Positions 51,000 to 62,208 are shown, counted from the stretch's first letter. The stretch: 64,000 nucleotides of DNA from Dehalococcoidia bacterium (GCA_965226775.1 CBDDEI010000002.1:18479-82478), one strand, 5' to 3'. Program-made: numbers and translations. Notes: generated by a model not told the origin, from the letters alone.

Positions 51000-52540
51000 A
51001 GTGTTAGCCCACCAAGTACGCCTGCGTAACGTTCAGAGAGGAGCCTGAGTTGTCGGTGATCAAGCAAGGGAACGTTTATCATTAAGGCATCTCCCACGCG
51101 CCTAACGGCTAAGTCTGCCAGTACGCCAGGGCCACAGCGCTTCTCCAGAGTGTCCGCTATGTCCAGCAGCGCGCCCAGACGGGTTACGGTTTCTTCATCT
51201 TCAGTAGTTAACAGCGGCCTATATGCTCTGATGTCGAATTTTCCATTATCCGCCCGACGGATGCTTGCAGAGAGCAAGGCGATGTCCTCATGAGAGAAAC
51301 CGGCAAGGTCGGTCTCAGTGATTATGTCAGCAGCGTGATCGTGGCGGTTATAATAGTCTATGGCTCTGCCGATGTCCAGCACAGTAGTAGCGTAGGCAAG
51401 CATTTCTAAAGCGTTGGGAGAGATGGGGGCCGGCAAGGCCTCGGCAAGTGCGATGGCTATCTTGGTGCAACGCTCCGCGGTCATGCGGTTCCACCTGGTG
51501 AAGCGCCGCGTCAGCGCATCAATGGACGCATTCCGTGCCTCACGCGCCGACACGTGCACCAACTTTGCCCGCTCAAGCGCTAGGCCCTCACGTAACCCCT
51601 GGCCGGAGACTTTGATCTCGCTGGCATGGAGGACGTTAAGCAGGGTCAGTATGGTCAGCCCTCCTCCAACAATGGAATCCGTCCTGTCCGGATTGAGCCC
51701 GCCCATTTGGGCGCGCTCCTCCATCTCCTGCCCGGCCAACGTGTGCACGATGCGTAGCAGGCGCTGGCGGGTAACTGTGTAGCCATGCAATCGGGAGAGC
51801 GGATACTTGTGCCCTCTTCGGTCTATCTTGGCTAGGTTGCGTATTGTGCCGCCGGTGCCAACGAAAGATTCCCCTGCCCGTAAGCGGGGGACTCCCGCCT
51901 CTGTGAGCGTATCCTTGACGTAGCTTGTCAACTCCTCAATTTCAGCCCTTTCAGGAGGATCGCTGGTTAAATAGTGCGTGCTCAACCGAAGGGCGCCAAG
52001 GGGAAAGGACCAGCTATCAACCAGTTGACTCTTTCGGAAGCGGACTATCTGCATGCTGCCACCGCCGATGTCCACCAACATGCCGTTGTCTACTCCCAGA
52101 CCGTGGATCGCGCCGTAGAAAGCGTACTCCGCCTCCTGTTTGCCGGAGATAATCTCAATCTCAAATCCAAGGTCACGTTGCAGTCGAGCGATGAACTCTT
52201 CACCATTCCTTGCTTCTCGGACGGCCGCGGTGCCTACAGCGATGATTCTGCCCGCTCCGGCATACTGCGCCACTGCACGGAAGTCTTGCAGGACAGAGAG
52301 GGTATAGTCTATGGCTTCTTGCGGAAAGACGCCCAACATATCGACAGATTCTACGAGACGGAGGGGGGCATGAACATCTTCCAAGAGCTCAAAATGGCCC
52401 CGCTCTGTGCGCTCTAACACCACCAACCGGCCGCTGTTGGAGCCTATGTCTATAACGGCAGTGATCTCCGGGCCGGCGTTGCTGGAGGGGTAGAGTTCTT
52501 GGACTAACTTGGTAGAAAAAGCGCTGCCTTTAGTACTCAT
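50987..52540 (-). CDS. ppx: Exopolyphosphatase Ppx/GppA
   Basis: IDIGSNS, TAAVREA, DIGGGS, GTGGT, GLREG and an HD-like C-terminal domain. Confidence 0.93.
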   Translation of the reverse strand: MSTKGSAFSTKLVQELYPSSNAGPEITAVIDIGSNSGRLVVLERTERGHFELLEDVHAPLRLVESVDMLGVFPQEAIDYTLSVLQDFRAVAQYAGAGRIIAVGTAAVREARNGEEFIARLQRDLGFEIEIISGKQEAEYAFYGAIHGLGVDNGMLVDIGGGSMQIVRFRKSQLVDSWSFPLGALRLSTHYLTSDPPERAEIEELTSYVKDTLTEAGVPRLRAGESFVGTGGTIRNLAKIDRRGHKYPLSRLHGYTVTRQRLLRIVHTLAGQEMEERAQMGGLNPDRTDSIVGGGLTILTLLNVLHASEIKVSGQGLREGLALERAKLVHVSAREARNASIDALTRRFTRWNRMTAERCTKIAIALAEALPAPISPNALEMLAYATTVLDIGRAIDYYNRHDHAADIITETDLAGFSHEDIALLSASIRRADNGKFDIRAYRPLLTTEDEETVTRLGALLDIADTLEKRCGPGVLADLAVRRVGDALMINVPLLDHRQLRLLSERYAGVLGGLTLCAC

Positions 52541-52817
52541 GCCGCATCTGCTTTCGGATCTCCCAAATGGTGGGCGCGCAATAAAATGTCAACTCGGCTG
52601 TCCTCCGTAGGATAAGTAAAGATAAGAACGCGGCGTGTAAGTAATATGTTGCTGCTAATAAAACTATTAACTTAACGACTAGTATGTGTCAACGGATTAC
52701 AAAGCGGTATCAGTAGTTGTAGTAAGCGGAATGGGATCATCGTAACAGGACGCTTGACCCTCACTCCCCTTTCCTGTAAAAAGAGGTTCGTCTCCCAACC
52801 TAAAGGAGTCCACCTTC

Positions 52818-53009
52818 ATGATGCATCACCACGATAACACGTCCCCGTTCCAGCAGCCTGTTGCGCCCTTTGCGCTTACCCTGAGCGATGCGGCCTCTGC
52901 TCCGCTGCGCAAGATGGCCGGCACGTCCTCCCGCCAGACTCTTGCGGCGCGCGCCAAGCCTACCCACGAGCTAGCGGACCAATCTTTCTCCTTCACTTGG
53001 CGCCGGTGA
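52818..53009 (+). CDS. Small hypothetical protein
   Basis: Strong RBS AAGGAG; the stop overlaps the next GTG start (GTGA); no recognisable domain. Confidence 0.4.
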   Translation: MMHHHDNTSPFQQPVAPFALTLSDAASAPLRKMAGTSSRQTLAARAKPTHELADQSFSFTWRR

Positions 53010-53788
53010 AGCTCCCCCTGTATCAGATAGACGCCTTTGCCGATGCGCTCTTTGCCGGCAATCCGGCCGCGGTCTGCCCGCTGGAGACGTGGCTGCCAGA
53101 CGCGACCATGCAGCGCATTGCGGGGGAGAACAATCTGGCAGAGACCGCCTTCTTTGTGCGGGACGGGGCGGACTACCACATCCGCTGGTTCACCCCCACT
53201 ACGGAGGTAGACCTCTGCGGGCACGCAACTGTCGCCAGCGCCTACGTCCTGCGGCACTATCTGGGTGTACCAGATGCGCGGCTGCGTTTCTATTCCAAGG
53301 GCGGTGTGCTGGAAGTAACCCATGAAGACGGCTGGTACTTACTGAACTTTCCCACCGACAGCTTTGCGCCGGCGGAGACACCACCGGCATTCCTGCAGGG
53401 GCTGGGCGCGACGCCTACAGAAGCGTACAAGGGCCGCACCGACTACATGCTGGTCTACGAGCGTGAGGAGCAGATAGAAACGATGCGGCCGGACTTCGGG
53501 CTCATCGCGACGGTGCCTTCGCGTGGCGTGATAGTCACCGCGCCCTCTCGTGCGTTCGACTTCGTCTCGCGGTTCTTTGGCCCGCAGTCCGGCATCAACG
53601 AGGACTATGTCACCGGCTCCGCGCACACCACGCTGATCCCCTACTGGGCGCAGCGCCTCGGCAAGACCGAGCTCCTCGCCAAGCAGATCTCTTCCAGAGG
53701 CGGCGTGGTGAAGTGCCGCCTGCTGGGAGACCGGGTAGAAATTGGCGGGCAGGCGATTCCCTACCTAAAGGGAGAGATAGAGGTCTAA
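53006..53788 (+). CDS. PhzF-family isomerase
   Basis: QIDAF, GNPAAV, ETAF, EVDLCGHAT, ED.VTGSAH. Confidence 0.93.
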   Translation: MKLPLYQIDAFADALFAGNPAAVCPLETWLPDATMQRIAGENNLAETAFFVRDGADYHIRWFTPTTEVDLCGHATVASAYVLRHYLGVPDARLRFYSKGGVLEVTHEDGWYLLNFPTDSFAPAETPPAFLQGLGATPTEAYKGRTDYMLVYEREEQIETMRPDFGLIATVPSRGVIVTAPSRAFDFVSRFFGPQSGINEDYVTGSAHTTLIPYWAQRLGKTELLAKQISSRGGVVKCRLLGDRVEIGGQAIPYLKGEIEV

Positions 53789-53844
53789 CACAAAGCGGGT
53801 GGCTTGTAGCCACCCGCTGTTCATATCCTGAGTATCTTGGGGTG

Positions 53845-54813
53845 TTAAGAATCCAGCAGACTGGAGTGATACACGTCCTCAATCTTCAGCGGAGCCTTGA
53901 GGAGTCCCTGCTCCACCAGACCATTGATAGCCCGCTCCATGGTTGGCCGCATCGCTCGGAGGCCCAGTGGATACGGGTCCGGGCCAAAGGTCTCAGTGCC
54001 AAGCCCCGTAGCTTCGTCAATGCGCGCTTTGTCGCCCTCCTGCGCGTAGGCCATCTCCTTGGAGCGCACTAGCGCGTCGTAGAGCGACTGGGCGACCCAA
54101 GGGTGCTCCTGTAGCAGCCGGTTTTGGACAATAAAGTGGTGGTTGGGCTGGTGGACTCTGGTCTTGCGAAAGTACTCCGCAATCACTTGCTTCCCGGCGT
54201 CCGGCAGCAGGCGGCGCACCTCCGGGTTGTTCTGCGCTTTGTCCCGGGGCAGCGGCGACGCATCAAGCTCGCCCTTCATCAGCATCTCGTACTCGTCCCA
54301 ATCTTCCCTCGGCCAGTGCACTTCCACGCCGATAGGCTGCTCCACGTCCAGGTAAAGCTCCAGCGCGTGGCTTTCGCCGCGCTTGCGGAAGCTGTACCAG
54401 GTGATGTCGCTGGCCTTGATGTCATACAGGTCTCTGAACACGTTGCGCATCCAGACGGCTTGGGTCATCTCAAAGTCTGGCACGCCTAGCCGTTTGCCTT
54501 TGAGCTCTTCAATGCTCTTGATGGGCGAGTCCGCGCGGACGTAGAGGCCGGCCCAGGCGTGGCCGCGGCTAAGGTAGGCAGGAATGGCGCTCCAATCCCA
54601 TTTGCCGTTGCCGAACTGCTCTCGCCGTTCGAGGGCTATAAGGGTCTCAGAGATAGACATCTCCGAGATGTCGAGAATATCGTCGTGGAGGTTGCTGTAG
54701 TAAACGTTGTTAATCTGGCGTATCTCCAACTCCAGACCCTCAGCCTGCACCGCTCCCTCAAACAAAGGGACGGCGCGCGGGCTTACTCCAGCGAATGCCA
54801 TAGTTAATTTCAT
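53845..54813 (-). CDS. 4,5-dihydroxyphthalate decarboxylase-like (periplasmic binding fold) protein
   Basis: DISEMSIS, LKGKRLGVP.F.MT.AVW.R, DPYPLGL, EQGL. Confidence 0.78.
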   Translation of the reverse strand: MKLTMAFAGVSPRAVPLFEGAVQAEGLELEIRQINNVYYSNLHDDILDISEMSISETLIALERREQFGNGKWDWSAIPAYLSRGHAWAGLYVRADSPIKSIEELKGKRLGVPDFEMTQAVWMRNVFRDLYDIKASDITWYSFRKRGESHALELYLDVEQPIGVEVHWPREDWDEYEMLMKGELDASPLPRDKAQNNPEVRRLLPDAGKQVIAEYFRKTRVHQPNHHFIVQNRLLQEHPWVAQSLYDALVRSKEMAYAQEGDKARIDEATGLGTETFGPDPYPLGLRAMRPTMERAINGLVEQGLLKAPLKIEDVYHSSLLDS

Positions 54814-55013
54814 GCGAACGGCTCTTTCTAGCTTGTTTAGATTTTGTCGGGAGCTACGATGTTCAGCGGCGGCGGTGGAAGATGCCAGCAGTCATGCACC
54901 GCGCGAGCAATGCCGGCACGAAGAGCGCGCCATTTAACATGCAGGCGTAGTGCGTTCGGCACAGGTGCACCGCGCCGGAGGTCACCCCCCGTTACGTGTG
55001 TGCAGCTTGAACG

Positions 55014-57107
55014 CTAGGCGTTCTTCTCCGCGGCCTCTCGATCTTTCTTGGTCTGCTCAATTACTTTGGCGGTAAGGTGGCCCGGCACCTCTTCATAATG
55101 GCTGAATTCCATGGTGAAGCTGCCGCGGCCTTGGGAGATGGAGCGCAGGTCGGTGGCAAAACGCTGAAGTTCCGATAGTGGGGCCAGCGCTTCTATAACC
55201 GTCGTTCCATCTAATGGCGTCATGCCGGATACCTTGGCTCGCTTGGTGTTGAGATCGGAGATGGCGTCGCCCATGATGGCATCCGGCACCCGCACCTGCA
55301 AGCTCATCACCGGCTCCAAGAGGGTCGGGTGCGCTTTCTCAATGCCTAACTTCAGCGCCTGGGACCCAGCAATCTGGAAAGCCATGTCAGAAGAGTCCAC
55401 AGGGTGATAGCTGCCGTCGTAGAGCGTGACCCTGATGTCCACCATGGGGAATTGGGCTAGCACGCCCTCGTGCACCGTGGACTGCACGCCCTTCTCCACC
55501 GCGGGGATGTAGTTCTTGGGCACGGAACCGCCCACCACACGGTCGGTGAACTCTACGCCGCTGCCCCGTGGCAATGGCTGCAGCTCAATGAGCACGTGAC
55601 CGTATTGGCCGTGGCCGCCGGTCTGCTTCTTATGCTTGTATTCCGCCTTAGCGGACAAGGTGATGGTCTCTTTATAGGAAACACGGGGTAAACCTGCAGC
55701 TACATCTGCGCCAAACTTGCGCTTCATCTTCTCAATGGCAACGTCTACGTGAGACTCGCCAATACCGGCCATGATAGTCTCCGCAGTATCCGGGTCTTTG
55801 AACACCTGGAGCGTTAGGTCTTCCTCCACCAGGCGGCTCAAGCTGTTGCTCAACTTGTCCAGGTCCGCCTTAGTCTTGGCATGCACCGCCACCCGGAATA
55901 GGGGCATTGGGAAGGAGGTGGGCGGCAGCATGATGGGCTGCTCCTTGATGCAGAGGGTATCGTTAGTGGCGGTGTCTGTCAGCTTTGCCACCGCGCCCAG
56001 GTCGCCGGCGGTTACTTCCTGCACCGGCTCCTGGTTCTTGCCCCGCACCATCAGAAGCTGACCAACTCGCTCCAACTTGCCTTTATTGGCGTTCCACACC
56101 TGGGAATCGCTCTTTAGGGTGCCGTTGAACACTCTATAGAAGGAGAGCTTGCCCACGTAGGGATCGGCAGTGGACTTGAAGATGAAGGCGGCCAGTGCGC
56201 CATTGGGGTCGGAGGCGAGCTCTAGCTCTTTCCCGTCTTCTCCGGCGCTGGCCTTTACTGCCGGACGCCCCTCCGGGCCGGGGAGTAACGCGATGACGCT
56301 ATCCATGAAAGCTCGGACGCCCACGTTCTGGGTAGCGGAGCCCACTACCACGGGGATGATGCTGCCCTGGGCCACGGCCTCTCGGAGCGCTGCGTGAAGC
56401 TCCTCGTCTGAGAGAGCCTCCCCTTCCAGGTACTTGGACAGCAGGTCGTCGTTGGTCTCTGCAATAGCCTCAATAAGCTTCTCACGATAGTCCGCCACCT
56501 CATCGCTCAGGTCGGCGGGAATGGCTTCCTCTGTGCCCTCTTGGCCCAGATAGGCCTTCTGATTGATAAGGTCTATCACGCCCTGGAAATTTGCTTGAGA
56601 GCCAACGGGTATCTGTACAGCCACGCAGTGGGAGCTTAGTTGCGCCTGGGCTTGCTCCAGCACCCGCTGAAAATCCGCGTTGTCCCGGTCAATCCGGTTA
56701 AACATGATCATTTTAGGGAGGCCAGCTTCCTCCGCATAACTCCACACCATCTCCGTGCCTACTTCAACGCCGGAGGCGGCACAGATAAGGATGACCGCAG
56801 TGTCTGCTACCGCTACGGCAGACTTCATCTCTCCAATAAAGTCTGCGTAGCCTGGCGCGTCCAACACGTTGATCTTGGAGTTCTGCCAAGCCACGGGGAG
56901 CAGCGAGGTGTTAATGCTAATCGTGCGCTTCTGCTCATCCGGGTCCCAGTCAGAGGTAGAGGTGCCGTCGTCCACCTTACCAAGGCGGTTGATGGCGCCC
57001 GAATCGAAGAGCATAGCCTCTGCAAGCGAAGTCTTACCAGCACCGCCGTGGGATAGCAGCACGATGTTGCGAATCTGGTCGGTACGATACTTTTGCATAG
57101 CAACCAC
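55014..57107 (-). CDS. fusA: Elongation factor G-like GTPase (EF-G2 type)
   Basis: SHGGAGKTS, DAPGYADF, HKKQTGGHGQY, DGSYHPVDSS; divergent effector region (KRTISI); not adjacent to rpsL/rpsG. Confidence 0.92.
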   Translation of the reverse strand: MVAMQKYRTDQIRNIVLLSHGGAGKTSLAEAMLFDSGAINRLGKVDDGTSTSDWDPDEQKRTISINTSLLPVAWQNSKINVLDAPGYADFIGEMKSAVAVADTAVILICAASGVEVGTEMVWSYAEEAGLPKMIMFNRIDRDNADFQRVLEQAQAQLSSHCVAVQIPVGSQANFQGVIDLINQKAYLGQEGTEEAIPADLSDEVADYREKLIEAIAETNDDLLSKYLEGEALSDEELHAALREAVAQGSIIPVVVGSATQNVGVRAFMDSVIALLPGPEGRPAVKASAGEDGKELELASDPNGALAAFIFKSTADPYVGKLSFYRVFNGTLKSDSQVWNANKGKLERVGQLLMVRGKNQEPVQEVTAGDLGAVAKLTDTATNDTLCIKEQPIMLPPTSFPMPLFRVAVHAKTKADLDKLSNSLSRLVEEDLTLQVFKDPDTAETIMAGIGESHVDVAIEKMKRKFGADVAAGLPRVSYKETITLSAKAEYKHKKQTGGHGQYGHVLIELQPLPRGSGVEFTDRVVGGSVPKNYIPAVEKGVQSTVHEGVLAQFPMVDIRVTLYDGSYHPVDSSDMAFQIAGSQALKLGIEKAHPTLLEPVMSLQVRVPDAIMGDAISDLNTKRAKVSGMTPLDGTTVIEALAPLSELQRFATDLRSISQGRGSFTMEFSHYEEVPGHLTAKVIEQTKKDREAAEKNA

Positions 57108-57185
57108 CCTCTGGAAAATGTGGGCAAATTGTAGTCCATCAGGAGAGGCCTGGCAAATCGCCTCACTCCGCCGTCCTGTTGGGGG

Positions 57186-58451
57186 CTACGAGGGGTGGTC
57201 TCGGTAAGATGGCAGGGGCATAGGTTCCCCGGCAGCTCTGGTTAGGAGGATACCGCTGCCGGCCAAGAATGAGAGGATGAAGCTGAGCAAGATGAGGCCA
57301 TCTACGGCCCAGGCCTCGGCAAAGAACCCGCCAATCCAGCCGCCGCTGAGTTGACCGATACCAAGGAGCACGGAGTAGAAGCCCATCATGCTGCCGCGCT
57401 CGCTCGGAAACTGCTCGGAAATTTCGGCCAGGTGGGCAAGGGCAGCCGGAGTGAACCCGCTGGAGACCAAGATGGTAACCACAATGCCAAGAAAAGAGAA
57501 CGCCAGCAGCAACGAGTCATCACCGCCGCGCGGCGAGTGATTGAGCAGGTAGATGAAGACGCAAAAGGCACAGAGTCCCACGGAGGCTATGCCCATTATG
57601 GTTGTGGACCGCAGCCAGCCGAATAGAGGCATCCACCCTGCCGTCCCTACCACTACTGTAGCGCCCATGCCGGCGATCACCAGTCCCACTACTGTGCCGC
57701 TGTAGCCTCCCACTAGGAATTGGTCCGGGTTCACCGCCTGAGCCATCTGAAAACTGAGATGGGTGAACCAGATGCCAAGGACGGCATTTACCGCCAGCCA
57801 CGGGGGTGTGAACCCCAGGATGGCTCTATGGCGGAGCAGGGACTGGTAGGTTTGCCAACCTCGGTATTGTCTGCCTTCTAGGCCTTCTCCCTGCACCAGC
57901 ATGAATACACAGCTGGCAACTAAGAAGATCACCATAATTACTACAAAGGCTCCCACCTGCAGCCGGTCCCAGAGAAAACCACCTAAAGCGAATCCTAGGG
58001 CGATGCCGGCAATGGTCGCGACCTCAAAGACGGCCATTACTCTGCCCCGCAGTGCAGGGCGCTCAGATGTCATTGCAGCCAAGTAGCTGAGGACGGCAGG
58101 GATGGAGCTGGCGGAGGAGAGCCCAGTGAGCACTTTGGAAGCGACAAAGATGGGCAGCGCAGGGATAAGGGTAATAGGCAGCATGGCCCCGGCGCCCAGG
58201 AAGCCACCCAGCAAAAGGAAGGGCTTACGTCCCCGAACATCCGCCATTGCCCCAAAGACAGGCGCTCCCAGAAACTCAGCGCCGTAGAAGGCGAGGGCAA
58301 GCACGCCCAAAAAGGTAGCGGGAACTTCTGAGCCGGAGCGGTTGTGAAAACCCAGAAACAGGGCGATTGTTCCCAACGCAGCCGCAGCGGCAGCCCTGAG
58401 CAGAAGGTTGCCCAGAATGCACGCGGCTATGGACAGAGCGAACTTGGACAA
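57186..58451 (-). CDS. MFS transporter
   Basis: About 12 TMs; GAMADVRGRKP motif A. Confidence 0.88.
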   Translation of the reverse strand: MSKFALSIAACILGNLLLRAAAAAALGTIALFLGFHNRSGSEVPATFLGVLALAFYGAEFLGAPVFGAMADVRGRKPFLLLGGFLGAGAMLPITLIPALPIFVASKVLTGLSSASSIPAVLSYLAAMTSERPALRGRVMAVFEVATIAGIALGFALGGFLWDRLQVGAFVVIMVIFLVASCVFMLVQGEGLEGRQYRGWQTYQSLLRHRAILGFTPPWLAVNAVLGIWFTHLSFQMAQAVNPDQFLVGGYSGTVVGLVIAGMGATVVVGTAGWMPLFGWLRSTTIMGIASVGLCAFCVFIYLLNHSPRGGDDSLLLAFSFLGIVVTILVSSGFTPAALAHLAEISEQFPSERGSMMGFYSVLLGIGQLSGGWIGGFFAEAWAVDGLILLSFILSFLAGSGILLTRAAGEPMPLPSYRDHPS

Positions 58452-58601
58452 GGTGATATTGCTATTGCCCTAGTGTGGTCATGTTAGCACGCTATCGTGC
58501 TCCTAAGTACGATTGTAACGCCTAATCCTCCACCTAGAATAATATTGACATTGAGGATTGGAAATTGCGAAATTTGGGGTAAGTTACGAAGGAAATTATC
58601 C

Positions 58602-58630
58602 TTGACAGCCCTAATTCCCTATGTTACCTT
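58602..58630 (+). promoter_or_regulatory. Sigma70-like promoter for the tRNA pair
   Basis: TTGACA-17 nt-TACCTT with an extended TG. Confidence 0.55.
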
Positions 58631-58669
58631 GAGCACCACTAGTCAGCAGGGCCTAGCTACTAAGTACTT

Positions 58670-58741
58670 GGGCCGCTAGCTCAAAGGTAGAGCAACTGAC
58701 TCTTAATCAGTGGGTTGCAGGTTCGAGTCCTGCGCGGCTCA
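58670..58741 (+). tRNA. tRNA-Lys (CTT)
   Basis: GGGCCGCTAGCTCAAAGGTAGAGCAACTGACT-CTT-AATCAG..GGTTCGAGTCC; CCA not fully encoded. Confidence 0.95.
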
Positions 58742-58783
58742 CCGACCTTTTCTCCTGTACAGAGACTGTAGGACAGAGGATAT

Positions 58784-58868
58784 GGGGGAGTGTCGGAATT
58801 GGTAGACGAGCATGACTTAGGATCATGTGCCGAAAGGCGTGGGGGTTCGAGTCCCCCCTTCCCCACCA
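58784..58868 (+). tRNA. tRNA-Leu (TAG)
   Basis: Cloverleaf with long variable arm, CATGA-CT-TAG-GA-TCATG anticodon arm and CCA end. Confidence 0.96.
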
Positions 58869-58961
58869 GTTGGGAAGGGGGCGCAGTACAAAAATCTGGT
58901 GCTCACAGGGGCAAGGCGCTACTAAGGCTCCGAGAGAGTACTAAACCAAGGATAAGCAAAC

Positions 58962-59948
58962 ATGGGAACATTGCTTGAAGTACGCGACCTCAAGACCTAT
59001 TTCTTTACGCAAGAGGGAATGGTTAAGGCCGTAGACGGTGTCTCCTTTGACCTGCAAGAGGGCGAGACCTTAGGGCTAGTGGGAGAGAGCGGTTGCGGCA
59101 AGAGCGTCAGCGCCATGAGCCTGATGCGCCTTATACCCGACCCTCCCGGTAAGATTGTGAGCGGTGAGGTTATCTTTGAGGGCAAGGACCTTGTGACCAT
59201 GTCCGACGAAGAGATCCGCGCTATCCGCGGCAACCGCATTGCCATGATCTTCCAGGAGCCGATGACGTCACTTAACCCGGTGCTCACTATTGGCCGACAG
59301 CTTACAGAGGCCCTTGAGCTTCACCTCCACATGGATAAACGGGCCGCGCTCAACCGTGCCGCGGAACTGCTCCAGGCTGTGGGTATTCCTGATGCAGAGC
59401 GCCGCATTGACGACTACCCCCACCAGTTCAGTGGTGGTATGCGACAGCGCGTGATGATTGCCATGGGGATGAGTTGCAACCCGAAACTGCTCTTGGCCGA
59501 TGAGCCGACTACCGCACTCGATGTGACCATTCAAGCGCAGGTGCTGGAAGTTATGCAGAAGCTAAGCCGTGATACGGGCGCGGCTACTATTATCATTACC
59601 CATAACCTGGGTGTGGTCGCCCGTTACGCACAACGGGTGAACGTGATGTACGCAGGACGCATCATAGAGCGAGCAGATGCCGCGGATCTCTATGCGCATC
59701 CGCTGCACCCCTATACACTGGGCCTGCTCGCTTCGGTGCCTCGTTTGGATGAGGCGCTGAGAGAGAAGCTCGATCCTATTGAAGGTTTGCCCCCTGACCT
59801 AATTAACCTGCCGCCGGGATGCCCGTTTATGCCCCGCTGTAAGTTTGCGAAGCCCATATGCATGGAAAAGTACCCGCCGTTGATGGAGGTCGCCAAAGAC
59901 CATACCGCCGCGTGCTGGGTCGATGTTACAACCGGCGAGTTGAGGTGA
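58962..59948 (+). CDS. oppD: Oligopeptide/dipeptide ABC transporter ATPase
   Basis: [29 protein letters not shown] and a C-terminal Cys cluster. Confidence 0.93.
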   Translation: MGTLLEVRDLKTYFFTQEGMVKAVDGVSFDLQEGETLGLVGESGCGKSVSAMSLMRLIPDPPGKIVSGEVIFEGKDLVTMSDEEIRAIRGNRIAMIFQEPMTSLNPVLTIGRQLTEALELHLHMDKRAALNRAAELLQAVGIPDAERRIDDYPHQFSGGMRQRVMIAMGMSCNPKLLLADEPTTALDVTIQAQVLEVMQKLSRDTGAATIIITHNLGVVARYAQRVNVMYAGRIIERADAADLYAHPLHPYTLGLLASVPRLDEALREKLDPIEGLPPDLINLPPGCPFMPRCKFAKPICMEKYPPLMEVAKDHTAACWVDVTTGELR

Positions 59949-59951
59949 ACA

Positions 59952-60965
59952 ATGGCTGACCAAGAACAAATCCTCCTAAATGTTGAAGGCCTCAAGGTCT
60001 ATTTCCCCGTTACCAGAGGAATCGTCTTTGAGAGGAAAGTAGCTGATATTAAGGCAGTTGATGATATTAGCTTCTATATTCGCAAAGGGGAGACCCTTGG
60101 CTTGGTGGGCGAAAGCGGCTGCGGCAAGACCACTACTGGTCGAGCCATTCTCCAGCTTAGCAAGGCCACTGCCGGCACCATCAAATTCTGGGATGACGAG
60201 CGCGATGAGTACCTCGACCTGACCACTCTGAAGGGCGAGGAGCTCAGGCGTGTGCGCCGGCGCATCCAGATCATCTTCCAGGACCCGTACGGTTCTTTGA
60301 ATCCCCGCATGTCCTGCGGCGGCATTGTTGGTGAGCCACTCAAGATCCACAACTTGGCTCGTGGGAAAGAGTACGATGAGCGAGTAGAAGAGCTGCTCAC
60401 TATTGTGGGACTGCATCCCTACTTTGCCAGCAGGTACCCTCACGAGTTCTCCGGTGGTCAGCGGCAACGCATCGGCATTGCCCGGGCGCTGGCGTCCAAC
60501 CCGTCGTTTGTCGTCTGCGACGAGCCCATCTCGGCACTGGACGTTTCGATTCAGGCGCAGATCATCAACCTACTGGAAGAGCTGCAGGATCGGTTTGGAC
60601 TGACCTACCTCTTCATTGCCCACGACCTCGCTGTGGTGCGTCACATCAGTGACCGCATCGTCGTGATGTACCTGGGCAAGGTAGCAGAGATTGCCGACCG
60701 CACGGCGCTGTACGAGAACCCCTTGCACCCGTACACCAAGGCGCTGCTCTCTGCCGTGCCAATTCCTGACCCCTCCATTGAAACCAAACGAGAGCGCATC
60801 ATTCTGCAGGGCGATGTGCCCAGCCCGCTGCGGCCGCCGCCAGGATGCGTGTTCAACACCCGTTGCCCCATCGCCATTGATGTATGCTCAGAAGTGATCC
60901 CCGAGCTTCGGAACGTCGGCGGCGAAGGTTCCGATGAGCATTGGATCGCCTGCCACCGGGTGTAG
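59952..60965 (+). CDS. oppF: Oligopeptide/dipeptide ABC transporter ATPase
   Basis: [29 protein letters not shown]. Confidence 0.93.
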   Translation: MADQEQILLNVEGLKVYFPVTRGIVFERKVADIKAVDDISFYIRKGETLGLVGESGCGKTTTGRAILQLSKATAGTIKFWDDERDEYLDLTTLKGEELRRVRRRIQIIFQDPYGSLNPRMSCGGIVGEPLKIHNLARGKEYDERVEELLTIVGLHPYFASRYPHEFSGGQRQRIGIARALASNPSFVVCDEPISALDVSIQAQIINLLEELQDRFGLTYLFIAHDLAVVRHISDRIVVMYLGKVAEIADRTALYENPLHPYTKALLSAVPIPDPSIETKRERIILQGDVPSPLRPPPGCVFNTRCPIAIDVCSEVIPELRNVGGEGSDEHWIACHRV

Positions 60966-60983
60966 CCTTAAAAACAGTAATCG

Positions 60984-61013
60984 AAAGCCCTCCGCCTGAG
61001 CGGAGGGCTTTTT
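60984..61013 (+). terminator. Intrinsic terminator
   Basis: AAAGCCCTCCGC-CTGA-GCGGAGGGCTTTTT. Confidence 0.85.
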
Positions 61014-61034
61014 GTTGGGCGCATAATAGTACTA

Positions 61035-62207
61035 ATGCAGCTGTCTTCTTCTCTAAGCCTTCGCCGCTGGCTCCTCTTCGCATCATGTTGCATCCTGCTG
61101 GTCGCCGCAACGGGATGCCAGACCGCGCAGCATGACGTGCGTATGCTCAAAGTGGGGTTGGTGACGCCGCTTTCCGGCCCCTACAACGCGGAGGGCACGC
61201 GGTGGCTTTTAGCGGCCAAGCTGGCAGTGGAGCAGTGGAACGCTACTCATGAGTATTCGCCTTATTGGATAGAGCTGGTTACTCACGATGAGACGGAGGG
61301 CCCGGACGTGGCGCGACGGCTGGCCTTGGATCCGGAAGTGCTGGGCGTCATTGGCTACACTGGCGGCGAGCTAAGTGTGCAGACCACTTCTACTTATTGG
61401 GCAGCAGCCCTCCCCTTACTCACGGTGGGACCTGTGGCCTACGACAGCCCAAAAAGCGGGCCGCCGCGCCTCCTGCGGCTCGCTGCCGACTATTCGGCTC
61501 AGGCGGAGGGCATCAGCGCATTCCTAGAGCTCCAGTTGCAGGCGAGCAGCGCCGCGCTGGTGACGGGCAGCGACCCCATGCATCGGAGATGGCTGCTGGA
61601 CTTGGAACGTGCGCTAGCTACTAGGAGCGTGCGCACAGCAGTAATTGCGCCACTGCCTGCGGACTCCGCGGACTACCGTAGTGTGGCGCAACTGGTGTTG
61701 GGTGAAGAGGTGGGTGCGGTGGTAGTCGCAGCATCGCCGGCGGAGGTCCTCGATTTCCAGCGGGCGTATAGCCTCTTGGAAAGCCCGCCGCCTCTCATCT
61801 TCATCAATACTTCCAAGCCGGCCGTCACCACTGAGGCGCTATCCAGCGTGGAGCAGCTGTACTGGCTCACGAGTGCGGGCGCAGCCTTTGAGAAGCCAGA
61901 GCTGCCGCCCTTTGAGGAGCCCTCCCAGCAGCACTTGGGCGAAACCCTTAGCCCACAAGCGGCACTGGTTTACGACGGGGTGCTGCTCTTGTTGCAAGCA
62001 TATCTGCGGGTCTTTGAGCAGGATGTGGAACCCACTAGGGACGCGGTCTGGATGGAGCTGCGCGAGGCCGGAACCTACTATGGGATCCTCAGAAGCTATC
62101 AGTTTGACGAGAGCGGCGGCCTAATTGAGCCGGTGACTTCGCTCTTGCAGGTCAGGGCTGATGGTGAATGCTGTGTGCTGGTTCCCCAGCTATCCGTGCA
62201 GCAGTGA
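61035..62207 (+). CDS. Branched-chain amino acid ABC substrate-binding lipoprotein (LivJ-like)
   Basis: Lipobox-like ATGC; KVGLVTPLSG, GVIG, YDGV, FDESG. Confidence 0.8.
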   Translation: MQLSSSLSLRRWLLFASCCILLVAATGCQTAQHDVRMLKVGLVTPLSGPYNAEGTRWLLAAKLAVEQWNATHEYSPYWIELVTHDETEGPDVARRLALDPEVLGVIGYTGGELSVQTTSTYWAAALPLLTVGPVAYDSPKSGPPRLLRLAADYSAQAEGISAFLELQLQASSAALVTGSDPMHRRWLLDLERALATRSVRTAVIAPLPADSADYRSVAQLVLGEEVGAVVVAASPAEVLDFQRAYSLLESPPPLIFINTSKPAVTTEALSSVEQLYWLTSAGAAFEKPELPPFEEPSQQHLGETLSPQAALVYDGVLLLLQAYLRVFEQDVEPTRDAVWMELREAGTYYGILRSYQFDESGGLIEPVTSLLQVRADGECCVLVPQLSVQQ

Positions 62208-62208
62208 T

